Positions 28,592-40,570 of a DNA stretch of 64,000 nt are shown one piece after another. Location of the stretch: positions 352,001 to 416,000 of the forward strand of contig CAWKHF010000006.1 of the NCBI GenBank assembly GCA_963849325.1, read 5' to 3'. The notes below the pieces were generated by a model, which was given only the letters and a program-made list of their open reading frames with translations, had not been told where the DNA came from and searched no databases. The stretch is from an uncultured Planctomycetota bacterium (GTDB lineage Bacteria > Planctomycetota > Planctomycetia > Gemmatales > Gemmataceae). The position numbers and the translations under genes were made by a program. Each line of letters opens with the position of its first letter. Position 1 is the first letter of the stretch.

Positions 28592-29473
28592 TCAATAGTT
28601 GGTGGGAGTTTGGCCATCCTGAATGTTGGCGAGGTATCCCAGGGTTGTGCCACTGACACTTGTATTCAACCCATGCACGCTGCCGTCGCAGAAGACGAAG
28701 TTCACCACGCTGGTGTGACTGCTCCCGAAAATCCAGGTGCCGTTGTTGCCTCCACCTACTCCGGTCGTCTGGGTGGGGGATTGGGCCAGCGGATACCGCG
28801 CTCCGGCCTGACGACCGACCGTCAGGTGATCGCTGCCAAAGATGCAGAGGTCGCCATAAGCAGAGCTGCCGAAATTGTTCTGCGGCACCTGCTTTTCGCC
28901 GACCAGGAAGGTGTTGCTCAGTCCGTCGGTAATTTGGTTGAAGGTCACGCAGGTGCCGGCGGCGAGGGGGAAGGGGCCGCTCTGGTAGCTGTCATCTCCC
29001 AGGCACACGGCGTAATCCGCGACCGTCCCGCCGACAACGCCATTGCCGGCGGGTGCCGGACTGACGGTCCCTCCACGGCGCGAGGGACAGATGTAGGTCT
29101 TTACCGGAGTATTGAGGATCGCCGCCGGCATGCCCTGAAAAGAAGAACTACCCAGAGGCTGCGGGAATTGATTGTACAGGTTCTGTTGCTCGATGAACGG
29201 GAGCATCTCGACGGCCCAGGATCCGTAGCTGTAGTTGCCCCCGTTGTGCGTGTCGGCATAGGGGAGTCGGCCGTAGACATCGTGGTAGTTTTGCATGGCG
29301 AGGCCGATTTGCTTGAGGTTATTCGTACACTGGGCACGGCTGGCGGCCTCGCGCACTTTTTGCACGGCGGGTAGCAACAGGCCGATGAGGATGGCGATGA
29401 TGGCGATCACCACCAACAGCTCGATCAAGGTGAAGCCGCGTCGGCCTTGCGGAGTCCAACCGGAACGAGTCAT
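28592..29473 (-). CDS. DUF1559 prepilin-type protein
   Basis: [46 protein letters not shown]-x9-DG. Confidence 0.93.
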   Translation of the reverse strand: MTRSGWTPQGRRGFTLIELLVVIAIIAILIGLLLPAVQKVREAASRAQCTNNLKQIGLAMQNYHDVYGRLPYADTHNGGNYSYGSWAVEMLPFIEQQNLYNQFPQPLGSSSFQGMPAAILNTPVKTYICPSRRGGTVSPAPAGNGVVGGTVADYAVCLGDDSYQSGPFPLAAGTCVTFNQITDGLSNTFLVGEKQVPQNNFGSSAYGDLCIFGSDHLTVGRQAGARYPLAQSPTQTTGVGGGNNGTWIFGSSHTSVVNFVFCDGSVHGLNTSVSGTTLGYLANIQDGQTPTNY

Positions 29474-29812
29474 GAGAGCTACCTCCGGAGAAGTGAACCG
29501 GCAAGGACCGTTTTGGCGGAGCCGGAAGTGTCGATCCTGTGCCGACGAATCACACCGAATCGAACGAGGACTTCCCCGTTTTCGCGGCGGCGGGCGAGTC
29601 ACCCGCCGCCGTTAAACCGAGGACATGGAAGACAGGCCTGAGCTTATAACGCGGACGGGAACCTGTCTTGGCAGGTCGGGCAAAGTCGATTGGCAAATCG
29701 GGTAATGAGATGAGAACGCCTTCAGCGGCCGATCGGAGCCCAAAGCGTAAGCGCGGGACATTTCCCCATTCCCTCGCTCGCGCTTCGGACTCCGATGGAG
29801 AACCGGTGTGTC

Positions 29813-30685
29813 TCAGTAACTCCCTTCGGGGATGACGCCGCCGTCATTGATGTTGCACAGCCGTTCCAGGATGGGGTTGGCGGCGCTGACGCTCACGGAG
29901 TAGTTGATGCTGCGCACGCTGCCGTCGGCGAAGACGGCGTTGAACTTGCCGATGTGAGACGAGCCGAACTCCGACAACGAGTTGGTCAGGCCGTCCTGGG
30001 CTGGCTGGATGGTGGAATCGCGGATGGTGTCCCAGTCCCAGCCGGCGGTGTAGCCCTCGTTGTCGTCACTCTGCGCTTTGCCAAGGTTTTGCAGACCCAG
30101 CCGCTTGTCGGCGACCATCATCGTGTTCGAGGTGCCGTCCTGGATCTGGGTCATGACGACGGGAGCCAGGTTGTTCGACCGTACGATGCCGTTGTTGTTC
30201 GAGTCGCTGGCGGCGTAGTCGCACAGGGCATGAGTGACGTTGCCGATGTAGCCGTCGCTGTACTTGACGGTCTGCGGCCCACGACGGGCCGGGCAGAAGA
30301 ATACCTTGATGGGCGTGCCCACCGCGACCGTGGCGCCCGCTTTCCAGGCGTTTTGCCCCTCAATATAGGGCAGGACCTGAAAGCCCCAGCCGGCATTTTG
30401 GGCCTGGCCGACGGCTGGCTGGCCGTTGATGTAGGTCGGCGGCGTACTCCAGGTTTTGCCGCCGCCCGGGAAATAGGCGAGCGTATCGTGGTGATTTTGG
30501 AACGCCAACCCAAACTGCTTGAGGTTGTTTTCGCACTGGGCCCGGGCCGCCGCCGCGCGGACCTTTTGCACGGCCGGCAGGAGCAGACCAATGAGGATGG
30601 CGATGATGGCGATCACCACCAGCAGTTCAATCAAGGTGAACGCGGACGCCGAACGAGGACGGCAGGGAGAAGTAGGCGCGAGCAT
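29813..30685 (-). CDS. DUF1559 prepilin-type protein
   Basis: AFTLIELL..., [23 protein letters not shown]. Confidence 0.93.
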   Translation of the reverse strand: MLAPTSPCRPRSASAFTLIELLVVIAIIAILIGLLLPAVQKVRAAAARAQCENNLKQFGLAFQNHHDTLAYFPGGGKTWSTPPTYINGQPAVGQAQNAGWGFQVLPYIEGQNAWKAGATVAVGTPIKVFFCPARRGPQTVKYSDGYIGNVTHALCDYAASDSNNNGIVRSNNLAPVVMTQIQDGTSNTMMVADKRLGLQNLGKAQSDDNEGYTAGWDWDTIRDSTIQPAQDGLTNSLSEFGSSHIGKFNAVFADGSVRSINYSVSVSAANPILERLCNINDGGVIPEGSY

Positions 30686-30997
30686 GGACACATCCTCCAA
30701 CCGAAAGATGAGAAGAAAGGGGCTACGCGAGTCAATGATGAGTTTATTGCTCGCCGAGGGAGAGGGTCAAGGAGAAAATGAAAAAAATGTTAGGAAGGAA
30801 TGAGGAGAAATGAGCGGGTAGCGAGGTGTTGCGCCAACGCCGGAGCAGGGGCGGGTGTTTACCTTGCAGGCAGGGTGCGAGCGTCCGACACGGGAGGCCG
30901 CGGCGAGTTGTGGTGGCGAGGCCGCGGTGCGGGCCGTACAATCGAGTAGTCGCCCCTATCCCGGCGATGCCGTCCCCCGATTGACGGCCCAAGAGCG

Positions 30998-31579
30998 ATG
31001 CGCGTGGCGGCCTTCGAGAACTCGCAAGAATCTCTGGCGGAGGAGCATCGACGGATCGTCGCGGCTCAGCACGGAGACCGTGCCGCCTTCGCCGAACTGG
31101 TCGAACGCTATTGGGATCGCCTGTATCGCTGGTTATATCACCTGACGCACGACCGGCATGCGGCCGAGGATCTGGCCCAGGAGACGTTCCTGAAGGCCTT
31201 CGCCGGTCTGAAGAAGTTCCAGGCCGGCACCAACTTCGGCGCCTGGCTGTTCCGCATCGCCCACAATAATTTCGCCAACCAGTGCCGTTCGGCGGCGCGC
31301 CGCCGCGAGGCGCTGCCCGACAACCTGCCCGACCCGCGGCGCGGCCCAGCCGAAGAGGCGGCCAGCGCCGAGGCCGTGCAAGATCTGGCGCGAGCCATCA
31401 ACCGTCTGCCCGCCGAATTTCGTGCCGCTCTGCTGCTGCGCGTCGAGGAAGGGCTATCCTTTCGGCAGATCGCCGAGGTGCTCGACCTGACCGAGGAGAC
31501 GGCGCGCTGGCGCGTGTTCAAGGCCCGGCAGAAGTTGTTGAGCGTCCTGGCCGCCTGCCAGGAGCAGGAGAAGTCATGA
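30998..31579 (+). CDS. ECF sigma-70 factor
   Basis: AEDLAQETFLKAF, FGAWLFRIAHN, region 4 (LSFRQIAEVLDL). Confidence 0.92.
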   Translation: MRVAAFENSQESLAEEHRRIVAAQHGDRAAFAELVERYWDRLYRWLYHLTHDRHAAEDLAQETFLKAFAGLKKFQAGTNFGAWLFRIAHNNFANQCRSAARRREALPDNLPDPRRGPAEEAASAEAVQDLARAINRLPAEFRAALLLRVEEGLSFRQIAEVLDLTEETARWRVFKARQKLLSVLAACQEQEKS

Positions 31580-32355
31580 ACTGCACGGTCATTCAGCGCC
31601 GGCTGCTGTCCGCCGAGCAGCCGGATCAACCGTCGGCCGAGATCGAGAGCCACCTGGCCCAGTGTTCGGTCTGCCGGGCCTGGCAGCGTCGCCTGGTCCG
31701 AATGGAGCGACAGGTTCCGCTGCTGCCGGTCCCGCCCTCGACGGCCAAGGCCGATCTGCTGCGGCGTCTTCTCGGCACGAGGGCAGGCGAGGCCGCGGGC
31801 CGGCCGGCCCTCTGGCAGTCCTCCCTGGCCCCTGGTCCCAAGGAGCGCGGCCTGCGGAAGGTATCGGTGGCCTTCGCCCTGGCCGCCGCCTTGCTGGTGT
31901 TCGCCCTGGCCTGGTGGGCCTGGCCGCACAACACGTCCCCTTCCCCGGCAGCCGGCCAGCTCACGCAGCGGCAGCTCGACCAGAAAAGACTCGACCAACG
32001 GCTGAGCAAGGTCTTGTTGGTGGAGGCGCCGAAGGAACGGGTGCTCCAGCTGGCCGACCTGGCCGAGAAAGTCCACGGTGAGGCGAGCGCGATGATGGAC
32101 AACGCGGCCAAGCTGGATCAATGGGCTCGCTTCTATGCACGGATCGTCAGCCAGCATCTGATGGAGCAGGCCCGGCAGCTGCCACCGGCCGATCAGCCCG
32201 CCGTGCTGCGGATGGTCGCCACCAGCCTGACCCGAACCGAGAGCGACGCCTCCAAGCTGGCGATTCAGCTGCAGGCCGACGCGCCAGGATCGGCGGCGTC
32301 CTTCGACCGGATCGCCGTCGCTGCCCGCAAAGGGCGAGACGACCTGCGCCTCTGA
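31576..32355 (+). CDS. Zinc-finger (ZAS) membrane anti-sigma factor
   Basis: MNC...HLAQCSVC motif, one TM, ATGA overlap with the sigma gene. Confidence 0.8.
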   Translation: MNCTVIQRRLLSAEQPDQPSAEIESHLAQCSVCRAWQRRLVRMERQVPLLPVPPSTAKADLLRRLLGTRAGEAAGRPALWQSSLAPGPKERGLRKVSVAFALAAALLVFALAWWAWPHNTSPSPAAGQLTQRQLDQKRLDQRLSKVLLVEAPKERVLQLADLAEKVHGEASAMMDNAAKLDQWARFYARIVSQHLMEQARQLPPADQPAVLRMVATSLTRTESDASKLAIQLQADAPGSAASFDRIAVAARKGRDDLRL

Positions 32356-32397
32356 TGCGGAGTTAGAGGCGGAGGAAAAAAGACGAGCGGGAGGGCA

Positions 32398-32874
32398 TCA
32401 CCCCCCCATCATCGTCCACAGATGCCCCAGCCAGGACGAAGCGAACGGCTCTTCGCGGCGGTAGGCCAGCATGTAAGTCCAGTTGGCCAGGAGCACGACA
32501 TATCCCAGGATGAGGAGAACGCGGCCGAGGCGGGACGGCACCGTGACGTCGAAGCGGCGTCCGGTGGTGAACTCGATCGCCCACTTCAGGGCCAGCACGG
32601 CGGCCAGCACCAGCACCGGCAACGTCAACGGGTTGAACAAAGTCGCATCGAACGGCCGGCCGCGCAGACACAGGGCGACGCCGCGCGTCATGCCGCACAG
32701 CGGACAGGGCAGGCCGGCCGCATTCCGCAGCAGACACACTTTCGGACCTGGTTGCGACAGCGGATTCCACACCGACAGCACGCCGACGCCCAGTGCGATC
32801 AGGCCGAAACCTTGCAGGCGCAGCGCGCGCTGCGAGGGGGTGGCGAACGGTCGGGTTTGGATGCGGACAATCAT
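32398..32874 (-). CDS. DUF2752 membrane protein
   Basis: CLLRNAAGLPCPLCGMTRG...NPL. Confidence 0.85.
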   Translation of the reverse strand: MIVRIQTRPFATPSQRALRLQGFGLIALGVGVLSVWNPLSQPGPKVCLLRNAAGLPCPLCGMTRGVALCLRGRPFDATLFNPLTLPVLVLAAVLALKWAIEFTTGRRFDVTVPSRLGRVLLILGYVVLLANWTYMLAYRREEPFASSWLGHLWTMMGG

Positions 32875-33631
32875 GGCGCGGTAACCATATCTGGTTGAGG
32901 GCTTCCTGATAGATCATACCGAGAAACGGCAATCCGCAGAACAGGCACGGGTTGAGAAAGAAGACGACCTGCCGCAGTCCCGGCGTCTCCGGTACACCCG
33001 CCAGCGCTTGCGTGCGGCGGATCAGGTCCGACAACTGGAAGACAGTCACGTAGATCGCGTACGGCGGGAAAATCAGCATCAGCGACAGTTCGGTGCGCGG
33101 GTTGAAGTCCTTGCGGCCGGTGTATTCGCCGCACTCGCGCAGGACGCGATAGGCCCAGTAAACGAAGTAAAAGCCGCACGTCAGGTACGACAGCAGAAGC
33201 ACCCCCAGCGGATGCCGCACACGGCCGAGTGGCCGGCCGGCAGTATCCGTCCGCCGCCCGGTGGTTTTCGCGCTGTAGGCTCGGCACACCTGGAACGAGT
33301 ACACCAGGCCGAAAATACCCCCCGTCAAAATGGTCAGGGTGAGGACGAGCGCGGGGTGCATGTTCTCCCAGTCGAAGGACGGACGCGGCTTGCGTGCGGC
33401 GGGCGTTTTGTCGGCCGTGACCGGCGGGATGATCGCCGAATCCGTGATGGGCTTACCGGAGGGAAACAACCCCTTGACGGAACTGGCTTGTACCCAAGTG
33501 GACATGCCATCCTGCCAGACGAGGTCGGTCGGTTTGAGCTGCCCGGAGGCCGCCAGTTGCTTGAGCTGGGTGGCCGTGGCGGGAGCGGCGGCTTGCTGAC
33601 CGTTGAGCGTATAATGCCATTCGTTCGCCAT
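32871..33631 (-). CDS. GYF_2 (DUF4339) plus DUF4234-like membrane protein; terminal frameshift
   Basis: WHY..NGQQ..LKQLAASGQLKPTDLVWQDGM..W, then two LL...TxGxY.xYW-type TM repeats. Confidence 0.8.
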
Positions 33632-33776
33632 AAACGTCCGTCGGCACCGGGAGTTTCAGGTGGGTGGAGCGGGAGACGGCGCTGTCGATTGTATCGCTCC
33701 GCGCACCTGGCCCGATAGGGTCCGGTATCGTTTCGCGGCGGCTCGCAGAGCCGCCGCGAAACGAGGCGATACCGTC

Positions 33777-35240
33777 TCAGCGAATCGCGCGCGGCGCTTT
33801 CTGCCCCTTGGGGATCTTGGTCGTGTACGCGCGCCCCTTCATGCGCTCCTGAAAATCGGCGCGGGCGTCCTGGAGAGCCTGCGGATCTTGCAGCAGATCG
33901 ACGGCGCTGAGGGCCAGCACTTTGGCGGCGACCAGCAATCCCTTGTGCCCGATAGGCGAACCGATGGCGGCGACGTTCTGCCAGCTGTGCCCTGGACTGC
34001 CGGCCGCGAAGCAGACCGTATCCAGCCCGGAGGTCGGTACCTGCCAGCTGATGTCGCCCACGTCGGTGGAACCGCCGTCGGCGGGGTACGGTTTCTCCGG
34101 CAGCGGCTCGATGCTGTCATGCAGCGGCTGGCGTTCTTTGAGGGAGAACTCGGTTCGCAGCGGCTCTTGCAAGCGGCGCGCGAGTTCGCGGTCGGAATCG
34201 TCGAACTTCGGCGGCCCGACGAGGCGGAAGTTGCGCAGGACGACGCGCGACAGCGGCAGGTTCGGGATGATCTCGTGGCAGTCCGTATCGATGTGGACCG
34301 ACACTTTCGTCCGGCTCATCTTGGCCGCGCCCTCGGCGATGTCGCCCAGCCAATCGAAGTTGCGTTCGACGTCCTCATGGACATTGGCGCGGACGAAGTA
34401 CCACACCTGGGCGGTGGCCGGCACCACGTTCGGCTGAGCGCCGCCGTTGGTGATGACGTAGTGCAGACGACTGGTCTCCTTGACGTGCTCGCGCATGTAG
34501 TTGGCGCCGACGTTCATCAGCTCGACGCCGTCGAGCGCGCTGCGGCCCTTCTCGGGACTGCCGGAGGCGTGGGCCGGCAGACCGCGGAAGGTGAACTTGG
34601 CCGAGATCAGCGCCTTGGTGGACAGGTAGGCGACGCGGTTCTTGGTGCCGGGGTGCCAGTGCAGGCAGGCGTCGAGGTCGCGGAACTGGCCGTCCAGAGC
34701 CATGTACACCTTGCCGATGACGGTCTCCTCCGCCGGCGTACCGTAGAGGCGGATGGTGCCGTGAAGATGGTGCTTGTCGAGAGCGTCCTTGACGGCCAGG
34801 GCGGCGCCGACGGCGGCGGTGCCCAGGGCGCAATGTCCGCAGCCGTGTCCGGCGTCCTGTCCGGGGATGGCCTTGCGCATGCCTCCGCCGGCCTGCTGCG
34901 ACAGCTCCGGCAGGGCGTCGTACTCGGCGAGGATGCCGAGGACCGGCTTGCCCGAGCCATACTCGGCGACGAACGCCGTCGGCATGTCGCTGACGCCTTC
35001 CTTGACGCGGAAACCTGCCTTCTTCAGCACACTCGCCAGACGCGCCGCCGAACGGTGTTCCTGCAAACCCAGCTCGGCGTAGGTCCAAATGTCCTGGTTG
35101 ACGGCCACCAACTCGGGACGCAGGTTGTCCAGGTAACGAAGAATGTCCTGCTGGAGGGGCGTCGCTTTCGCCGGTTCCTCGGCCCGGCATGCCCGTGCGG
35201 AACAGGTGGCGGCGAGGGCGAGCAGTACGAGAGAACGCAT
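33777..35240 (-). CDS. M20 amidohydrolase (AbgB-like) with signal peptide
   Basis: AELGLQE, EYDALP, GHGCGH, GTPAEE, WHP, GSTDVGD. Confidence 0.88.
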   Translation of the reverse strand: MRSLVLLALAATCSARACRAEEPAKATPLQQDILRYLDNLRPELVAVNQDIWTYAELGLQEHRSAARLASVLKKAGFRVKEGVSDMPTAFVAEYGSGKPVLGILAEYDALPELSQQAGGGMRKAIPGQDAGHGCGHCALGTAAVGAALAVKDALDKHHLHGTIRLYGTPAEETVIGKVYMALDGQFRDLDACLHWHPGTKNRVAYLSTKALISAKFTFRGLPAHASGSPEKGRSALDGVELMNVGANYMREHVKETSRLHYVITNGGAQPNVVPATAQVWYFVRANVHEDVERNFDWLGDIAEGAAKMSRTKVSVHIDTDCHEIIPNLPLSRVVLRNFRLVGPPKFDDSDRELARRLQEPLRTEFSLKERQPLHDSIEPLPEKPYPADGGSTDVGDISWQVPTSGLDTVCFAAGSPGHSWQNVAAIGSPIGHKGLLVAAKVLALSAVDLLQDPQALQDARADFQERMKGRAYTTKIPKGQKAPRAIR

Positions 35241-35397
35241 GGGGATGCTCCTCGGTGTGAAGGGAAGGGGTGCGCTCGGGGCATGGCGGAAGTGTATCAA
35301 CGGCCGGAAGGAATCGCCAATACCACCCGAACAAGCCGCGAGCGCCAGCGAGCGGGGATGCTCCCGTTCCCCGACGGTCGCGGCTCGGGTTTTTCCG

Positions 35398-36457
35398 TTA
35401 GCTCTTCGTGATCTCGCGCAGCAGCACCGTGGCATAACTCCCGGCCGGCAGCGTGAAGCTCAGACACACGCCCTCGGCGTCCACCTCCGCCGTCAAGTCG
35501 TCCACGTAGACCAGATTATGCCGCCGCGTGCCCGCCAGCAGCTTGCCGAAGGCGTGAAACGCCGCCGGTGACACGCCGGCATCTTGCAAGACCTGCTCTT
35601 CGCGCTCGGCCGCCGTGCCGGCGGCGCGGAACATCTTCCGGCCGAACATCGGCCCCGCCGGCACGATCTCGCGCGCCTCCAGCCGGGCCTGCTCGCGATG
35701 TACGTCCTCGGCCACGAACAGGCCGCCGAACGGCCAGCGCGCCATCACGTCGCCGGCAAGCACACGGCGGAGCAGGCCGTCCGCCATCCGCCGGGCCAGG
35801 CCGTGGTTGAACAGGGCCGACTGCGCCGCCGACAGAGCCAACTTGCGCAGAAAGGGACTGCGGAGGTTCGCCTTCAAGCCGGCCGGCGGAGGTTCCTGAC
35901 GCAGCAGCGCCAGACCGAGCCGAACCGTTTCGCCCTCGTGGCCAAACCGCTGCGGCCCGTAGAAGTTGGCCAGGCCGTCACGCCGCAGGCGCTCGATCAG
36001 GAGGGGCAGACGTTCGCCGGCGTCCACCGTCACGTCGCGCACGCGGATACGGAAGCGATTGCCGTGCAGGTGGCCGGGCTTGAGCTTGTTGCCGTGCCAG
36101 CTCGACGTTCAACAAGCGGATCCCATCGCCATCGAGTTGACTCAGACGGGCCTCGGCGCGGGCCGGCACCGATACCATCTGCCGCGTCACCGCTTGCCGG
36201 TCCTTCAGGCCCGCCGTGCCCACTTCGGACGGCGAAACGTCAAGGCGGCGCGCGATCTGGCGCACGAAGTATTCGGCGCCCATGTCGCGCTTTTCGACCC
36301 ACAAGAACAGGTGATCGCCGCTACCGGAGGGCGGGTAGGCCGGCACCTCCTCGACCTCGAAATCCTCCAGCCGCTCCTTGATGCGGCCGCCGATACCGGG
36401 CAGGTCGGTCGTTGCCCAAGGCGGCGGTGTCAGCGGATCGAAGACCGGAATGTTCAT
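35398..36457 (-). CDS. truD: tRNA pseudouridine(13) synthase TruD; frameshift near 36095
   Basis: EDFEVEE, AGLKDRQAVTRQ, NFYGPQRFG, AAQSALFN, FTLPAGSYATVLLRE. Confidence 0.9.
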
Positions 36458-36771
36458 GGTGGCAAGACTCGCGCTTCGTACACGAAACCTCCGCTACTGT
36501 ACCGCATTTTCACGTGGAAATCTCTTGGTGAATGGGTCGGGCCTGGCTATAGTCATCTACGTTCGCCCCCATCGCTTCGACATCTCGATTCACGCCGGTT
36601 TCCGCTGCCGGTCTCGTGCAGACGGTGCAGCCCAGAAACCCTTCGACCTCGGCCGACCCCGGCCGTCCGGAGGGGCTTCGATGGCGCTGCGTTTCCCTTC
36701 CTTCCCTTTTGCTGCTTTTCCACGTCGGCCGCTGCCACGCGCCAGCCGGCCGACAACCCGCGAGGTACACC

Positions 36772-37803
36772 ATGTTCGACGAGCACGCCCCGGATGATTT
36801 CTTCGCCGCGACGCGCATGTCGTTGGGCGACCACATCGAGGAGCTGCGCACGCACCTGCTGCGTGCCCTGCTCGGCTTCGGCGTCGCCCTCGTTGCCGGC
36901 TTCTTCCTCAGCCGGCCGGTCCTGGTTTTCCTCGCCGCGCCGGTGGATCGGGCGCTGGCGAAGTTTCACCAACGCCGCATGGATCGTCTGACGCGGCAGC
37001 TGGCCGAAGGCGATCCGCGGCTGCGCGACGCCAACCAGCCGCGCGACGTGGAACTCCTCTTCCCCGCGCGTCGCCTGGGAGAATTGCTCGGTTTGCCGGA
37101 ACAACCAACATCGCAAGAATGGGCGCCCGTGCCGGTGCGCGTCCGGCCGCTGGACTTGGCGCTGTTGACCGGCGAAGCCTCGCAGCTGGTGAATCGTCCG
37201 CCGACCCTGATGTCGCTGACCTTGACGGAGCCGTTCACCGTCTATTTCAAGGTCAGCGCCTGGTGTGGCGTGGTGCTGGCCAGTCCGTGGATTTTCCATC
37301 AACTCTGGCTATTCGTCGCGGCGGGGCTGTATCCGCACGAAAAACGTCTGGTCCGCGTCAATCTGCCGTTGAGCATCGGTCTGTTCTTGGGCGGCATCGC
37401 CCTGTGCGAATTCGTCGTGCTGCCGGCCGGGGTGGATTATTTGCTGAGCTTCAACGACTGGCTCGGCTACGAGCCGGAACCGCGGCTGAGCGATTGGCTC
37501 GGCTTCGCTCTGATGATGCCGCTGGTCTTCGGCCTCGCCTTCCAGACGCCGCTGGTGATGGTCTTTCTGGAACGGATCGGCCTGTTCAGCGTGGAGAGCT
37601 ACCGTCGCCATCGCCGGCTGGCGATTTTCCTGCTGGCCGTGCTGGCGGCGGTGATGTCGGTGACGCCCGACTATTACAGCATGTTGGCCTTGGCGGCGCC
37701 GATGTGGGGGTTGTACGAGGTCGGGATTGTGCTCTGCCGCTGGTCGCCGCGACCGCCGACCGAGCCGGACGAAACGGAAGCCGAGGAGTTGATACATGTG
37801 TAA
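36772..37803 (+). CDS. tatC: Twin-arginine translocase subunit TatC
   Basis: MSLGDHIEELR, QLWLFVAAGLYPHEKR, FGLAFQTPL, TPD, LYEVGI. Confidence 0.92.
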   Translation: MFDEHAPDDFFAATRMSLGDHIEELRTHLLRALLGFGVALVAGFFLSRPVLVFLAAPVDRALAKFHQRRMDRLTRQLAEGDPRLRDANQPRDVELLFPARRLGELLGLPEQPTSQEWAPVPVRVRPLDLALLTGEASQLVNRPPTLMSLTLTEPFTVYFKVSAWCGVVLASPWIFHQLWLFVAAGLYPHEKRLVRVNLPLSIGLFLGGIALCEFVVLPAGVDYLLSFNDWLGYEPEPRLSDWLGFALMMPLVFGLAFQTPLVMVFLERIGLFSVESYRRHRRLAIFLLAVLAAVMSVTPDYYSMLALAAPMWGLYEVGIVLCRWSPRPPTEPDETEAEELIHV

Positions 37804-37815
37804 GTGCCTGTCCGT

Positions 37816-37855
37816 TAAGCCCCTCTCCCCCGGTACTCCGGGGGAGAGGGGCTTA
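37816..37855. repeat. REP-like palindrome
   Basis: TAAGCCCCTCTCCCCCGG-tact-CCGGGGGAGAGGGGCTTA just after tatC. Confidence 0.7.
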
Positions 37856-37998
37856 CCCGACAAACTCTCTAAGCGTTTACGCGACCGAGTGATTTCCTCC
37901 CTGACGCTTGCGCGAACGACATGATAGAATACCAGGAGTTTCGTCCGGCCTTGGCCTACCTTCCGCCCCTCCGCTTGCGAGCACAGGGATATTACCGC

Positions 37999-40309
37999 AT
38001 GAGGTCCACCGCCGCTCGGCTCGTCTGCCTGTTTCTGTGGTCCGTCCCGATGGCCGCGGTACACGCCGCCGACCGGGATGATCCGCGGGCCATCGAATTT
38101 TTCGAGAAAAACGTCCGTCCCCTGCTGGTCTCGAAGTGTCAGTCCTGCCACGGTCCGAAGCGGCAGCAAGGAGGGATACGCCTGGACTCGCGCGCCGCCG
38201 TGCTCCAGGGCGGCGACAACGGAGTGATCCTCGTTCCCGGCCAACCCGACAAAAGTCTCCTCATCCGCGCCATCCGCTATGACGGCGACGTGCAAATGCC
38301 GCCCAAGGGCAAGCTCCCGGCGGAGTCCATCGCGCATCTGACCACCTGGGTCCGCATGGGCGCTCGCCTGGCCGGACGGCGAGACCAAGGTCGAGGAGCA
38401 TTCGCTGTCGGTGGCCCAGGTGCGGCGCACGCACTGGTCGTTTCAGCCGGTGAGGAAACCGGCCCTGCCATCGGTACACCATCCCGCATGGGTGCGGACG
38501 CCCGTCGATGCCTTCGTGCTGGCGCGGCTGGAAGCGAAGGGTCTGGCCCCAGCGCCGACCGCCGATCGGCGCACGCTGATCCGCCGGCTGACGCTCGACC
38601 TGCACGGTTTGCCGCCGACTCCGGAAGAAGTGGCCGATTTCGAGGCGGATCGATCGCCGAACGCTTACGCCCGGCTCGTCGATCGGTTGTTGGCCTCGCC
38701 GCGCTACGGCGAACGCTGGGGCCGGCACTGGCTCGACGTGGCTCGCTACGCCGATTCCAAGGGCTACGTCTTCACCGACGAGCGTCGCTATCCCTTCGCC
38801 TACACCTACCGCGATTACGTCATCCGCGCCTTCAACGAGGATCTGCCTTACGACCAATTCGTCGTGCAGCAGCTCGCGGCGGACCAGCTGCCGCTGGGCG
38901 AAGACAAGCGGCCGCTGGCGGCGCTGGGTTATCTGACGCTGGGCCGGCGCTTCCTCAACAACATTCACGACATCATCGACGATCGCATTGACGTGACCAT
39001 GCGCGGCCTGCAAGGGCTGACGGCCGGCTGCGCCCGCTGTCACGATCACAAGTTCGACCCCATCCCGCAGAAGGACTATTACTCGCTCTACGGCGTCTTC
39101 GCCAGCTCCGTCGAGCCGAAAGACCTGCCGTTGATCGGCCATCCCGAGCCGACGCCGGAGTTGGCGGCGTTCGAGAAGGAGTTGGCCCGGCGCAAGGCGG
39201 AGGTCGAAAAGTATCGCACCGAGCACAAGGACGAGCTGGCCAAGGGCAACCGCAAGTTCCGCGATGGTCTGCGGGCCTTGCGGAAGAAGGTCGATCAATG
39301 GCAGGTGACGGCGCCGTCCGCTCCGCCGCGGGCCATGGTCCTCGAAGACGCGCCCTCGCCGGTGACGCCGCACGTCTTCCTGCGCGGCAATCCGCAACAA
39401 CCCCGGCCCCTCGGTGCCGCGTCAGTTCCTCGAAGTGGTGGCCGGCGAGCAGCGTCAGCCGTTCCGCCACGGCAGCGGCCGGCTCGAACTGGCTCGCGCC
39501 ATCGCGGATCGTAAGAAATCCGCTGACGGCCCGCGTCCTGGTTAATCGCGTCTGGCTGCACCATTTCGGCGCCGGCCTGGTGCGCACTCCCAGCGATTTC
39601 GGTCTCCGCGGCGATCCGCCCACCCATCCCGAGTTGCTCGACTGGCTCGCCGCCGCGTTCGTGGACGACGGCTGGTCGATCAAGAAGCTGCACCGACTCA
39701 TCCTGCTGTCCAGCACGTATCAGCAGTCCGGCCGCGACGACCCGCGGCAGTTGGAGAGCGACCCGGACAATCGCCTGCTGGCCGGCATGAATCGGCGGCG
39801 GCTCGACTTCGAGGCGATGCGCGATTCGCTGTTGGCCGTCGCCGGCCGGCTCGACACGACGATGGGCGGCCGAGCGGTGGAGTTGACGACGGCCCCGTTC
39901 AGCCCGCGCCGCTCGGTGTATGGCTTCATCGACCGCCAGAACCTGCCCGGCCTGTTCCGCACCTTCGACTTCGCCAGCCCCGATACCAGCACGCCGCAGC
40001 GCTACACCACCACCGTGCCGCAGCAGGCGCTGTTCCTGATGAACAGCCCCTTCGTGGTCGAGCAGGCCCGGCATTTCGCGCAGCGCGCCGACGTGGCGGC
40101 GCAGACAAAGGATGAAGAGAAGATAGAAAGGATGTATCGACTAGCTTATGGCCGTGCTGCCGAGACCGAGGAGATCGCGCTGGGCCTGCGGTTTCTCGAC
40201 CGAGGCGCGGAAGAGCGAGGGCGCGAAGAAGGCCGGGCTTCATCTGTCGGCATGGGAGCAGTATGCTCAGGTAGTGCTGCTGTCTAATGAGTTCGCCTTC
40301 GTGGATTGA
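37999..40309 (+). CDS. PSD1/planctomycete cytochrome c protein (DUF1549/DUF1553); several frameshifts
   Basis: FFEKNVRPLL..CQSCHG, HWSFQP, YGERWGRHWLDVARYADS, CARCHDHKFDP, NPLTARVLVNRVW, QQALFLMNS. Confidence 0.9.
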
Positions 40310-40324
40310 ACGGGAGGGGGATAC

Positions 40325-40570
40325 ATGAACGAAAAACCGCGACTGGATCACGACGTTTACCGCGAGAACCGTTACCAGTTTTTGCCGGAGGATTTACTTC
40401 CGTATGCGGAAGAATGGGTAGCCTGGAGCCTGGATGGTTCGCGCATCGTCGCGCATCACCGCGACCTTCTGGAAGTAGCGAAGATGCTGGAAGCGTCTGG
40501 CATCGACTGGGGAGCGGAAGTGAACTTTGAATGGATTCCTCCTGGCGGCGAGATCGAGAGCCTGTTATGA
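40325..40570 (+). CDS. DUF5678-like small protein
   Basis: LLPYAEEWVAWSLDGSRIVAH motif. Confidence 0.6.
   Translation: MNEKPRLDHDVYRENRYQFLPEDLLPYAEEWVAWSLDGSRIVAHHRDLLEVAKMLEASGIDWGAEVNFEWIPPGGEIESLL

Noticed and set aside
28592-30685. DUF1559 paralogues as a diversity-generating or cassette-switching system
   Set aside because: Only the N-terminal leader is shared, as usual for this family; no reverse transcriptase or template repeat seen.
32363-32870. Long C-terminal extension of the GYF_2 protein
   Set aside because: Read-through from a terminal frameshift; overlaps the genuine DUF2752 gene.
33660-35411. Long antisense ORFs (also 11244-12464, 47788-49260, 60721-62337, 62261-63922)
   Set aside because: Shadow ORFs opposite well-supported genes, expected at high GC.
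36600-36720. Possible structured RNA upstream of tatC
   Set aside because: GC-rich hairpins only; no recognisable riboswitch or ncRNA consensus.
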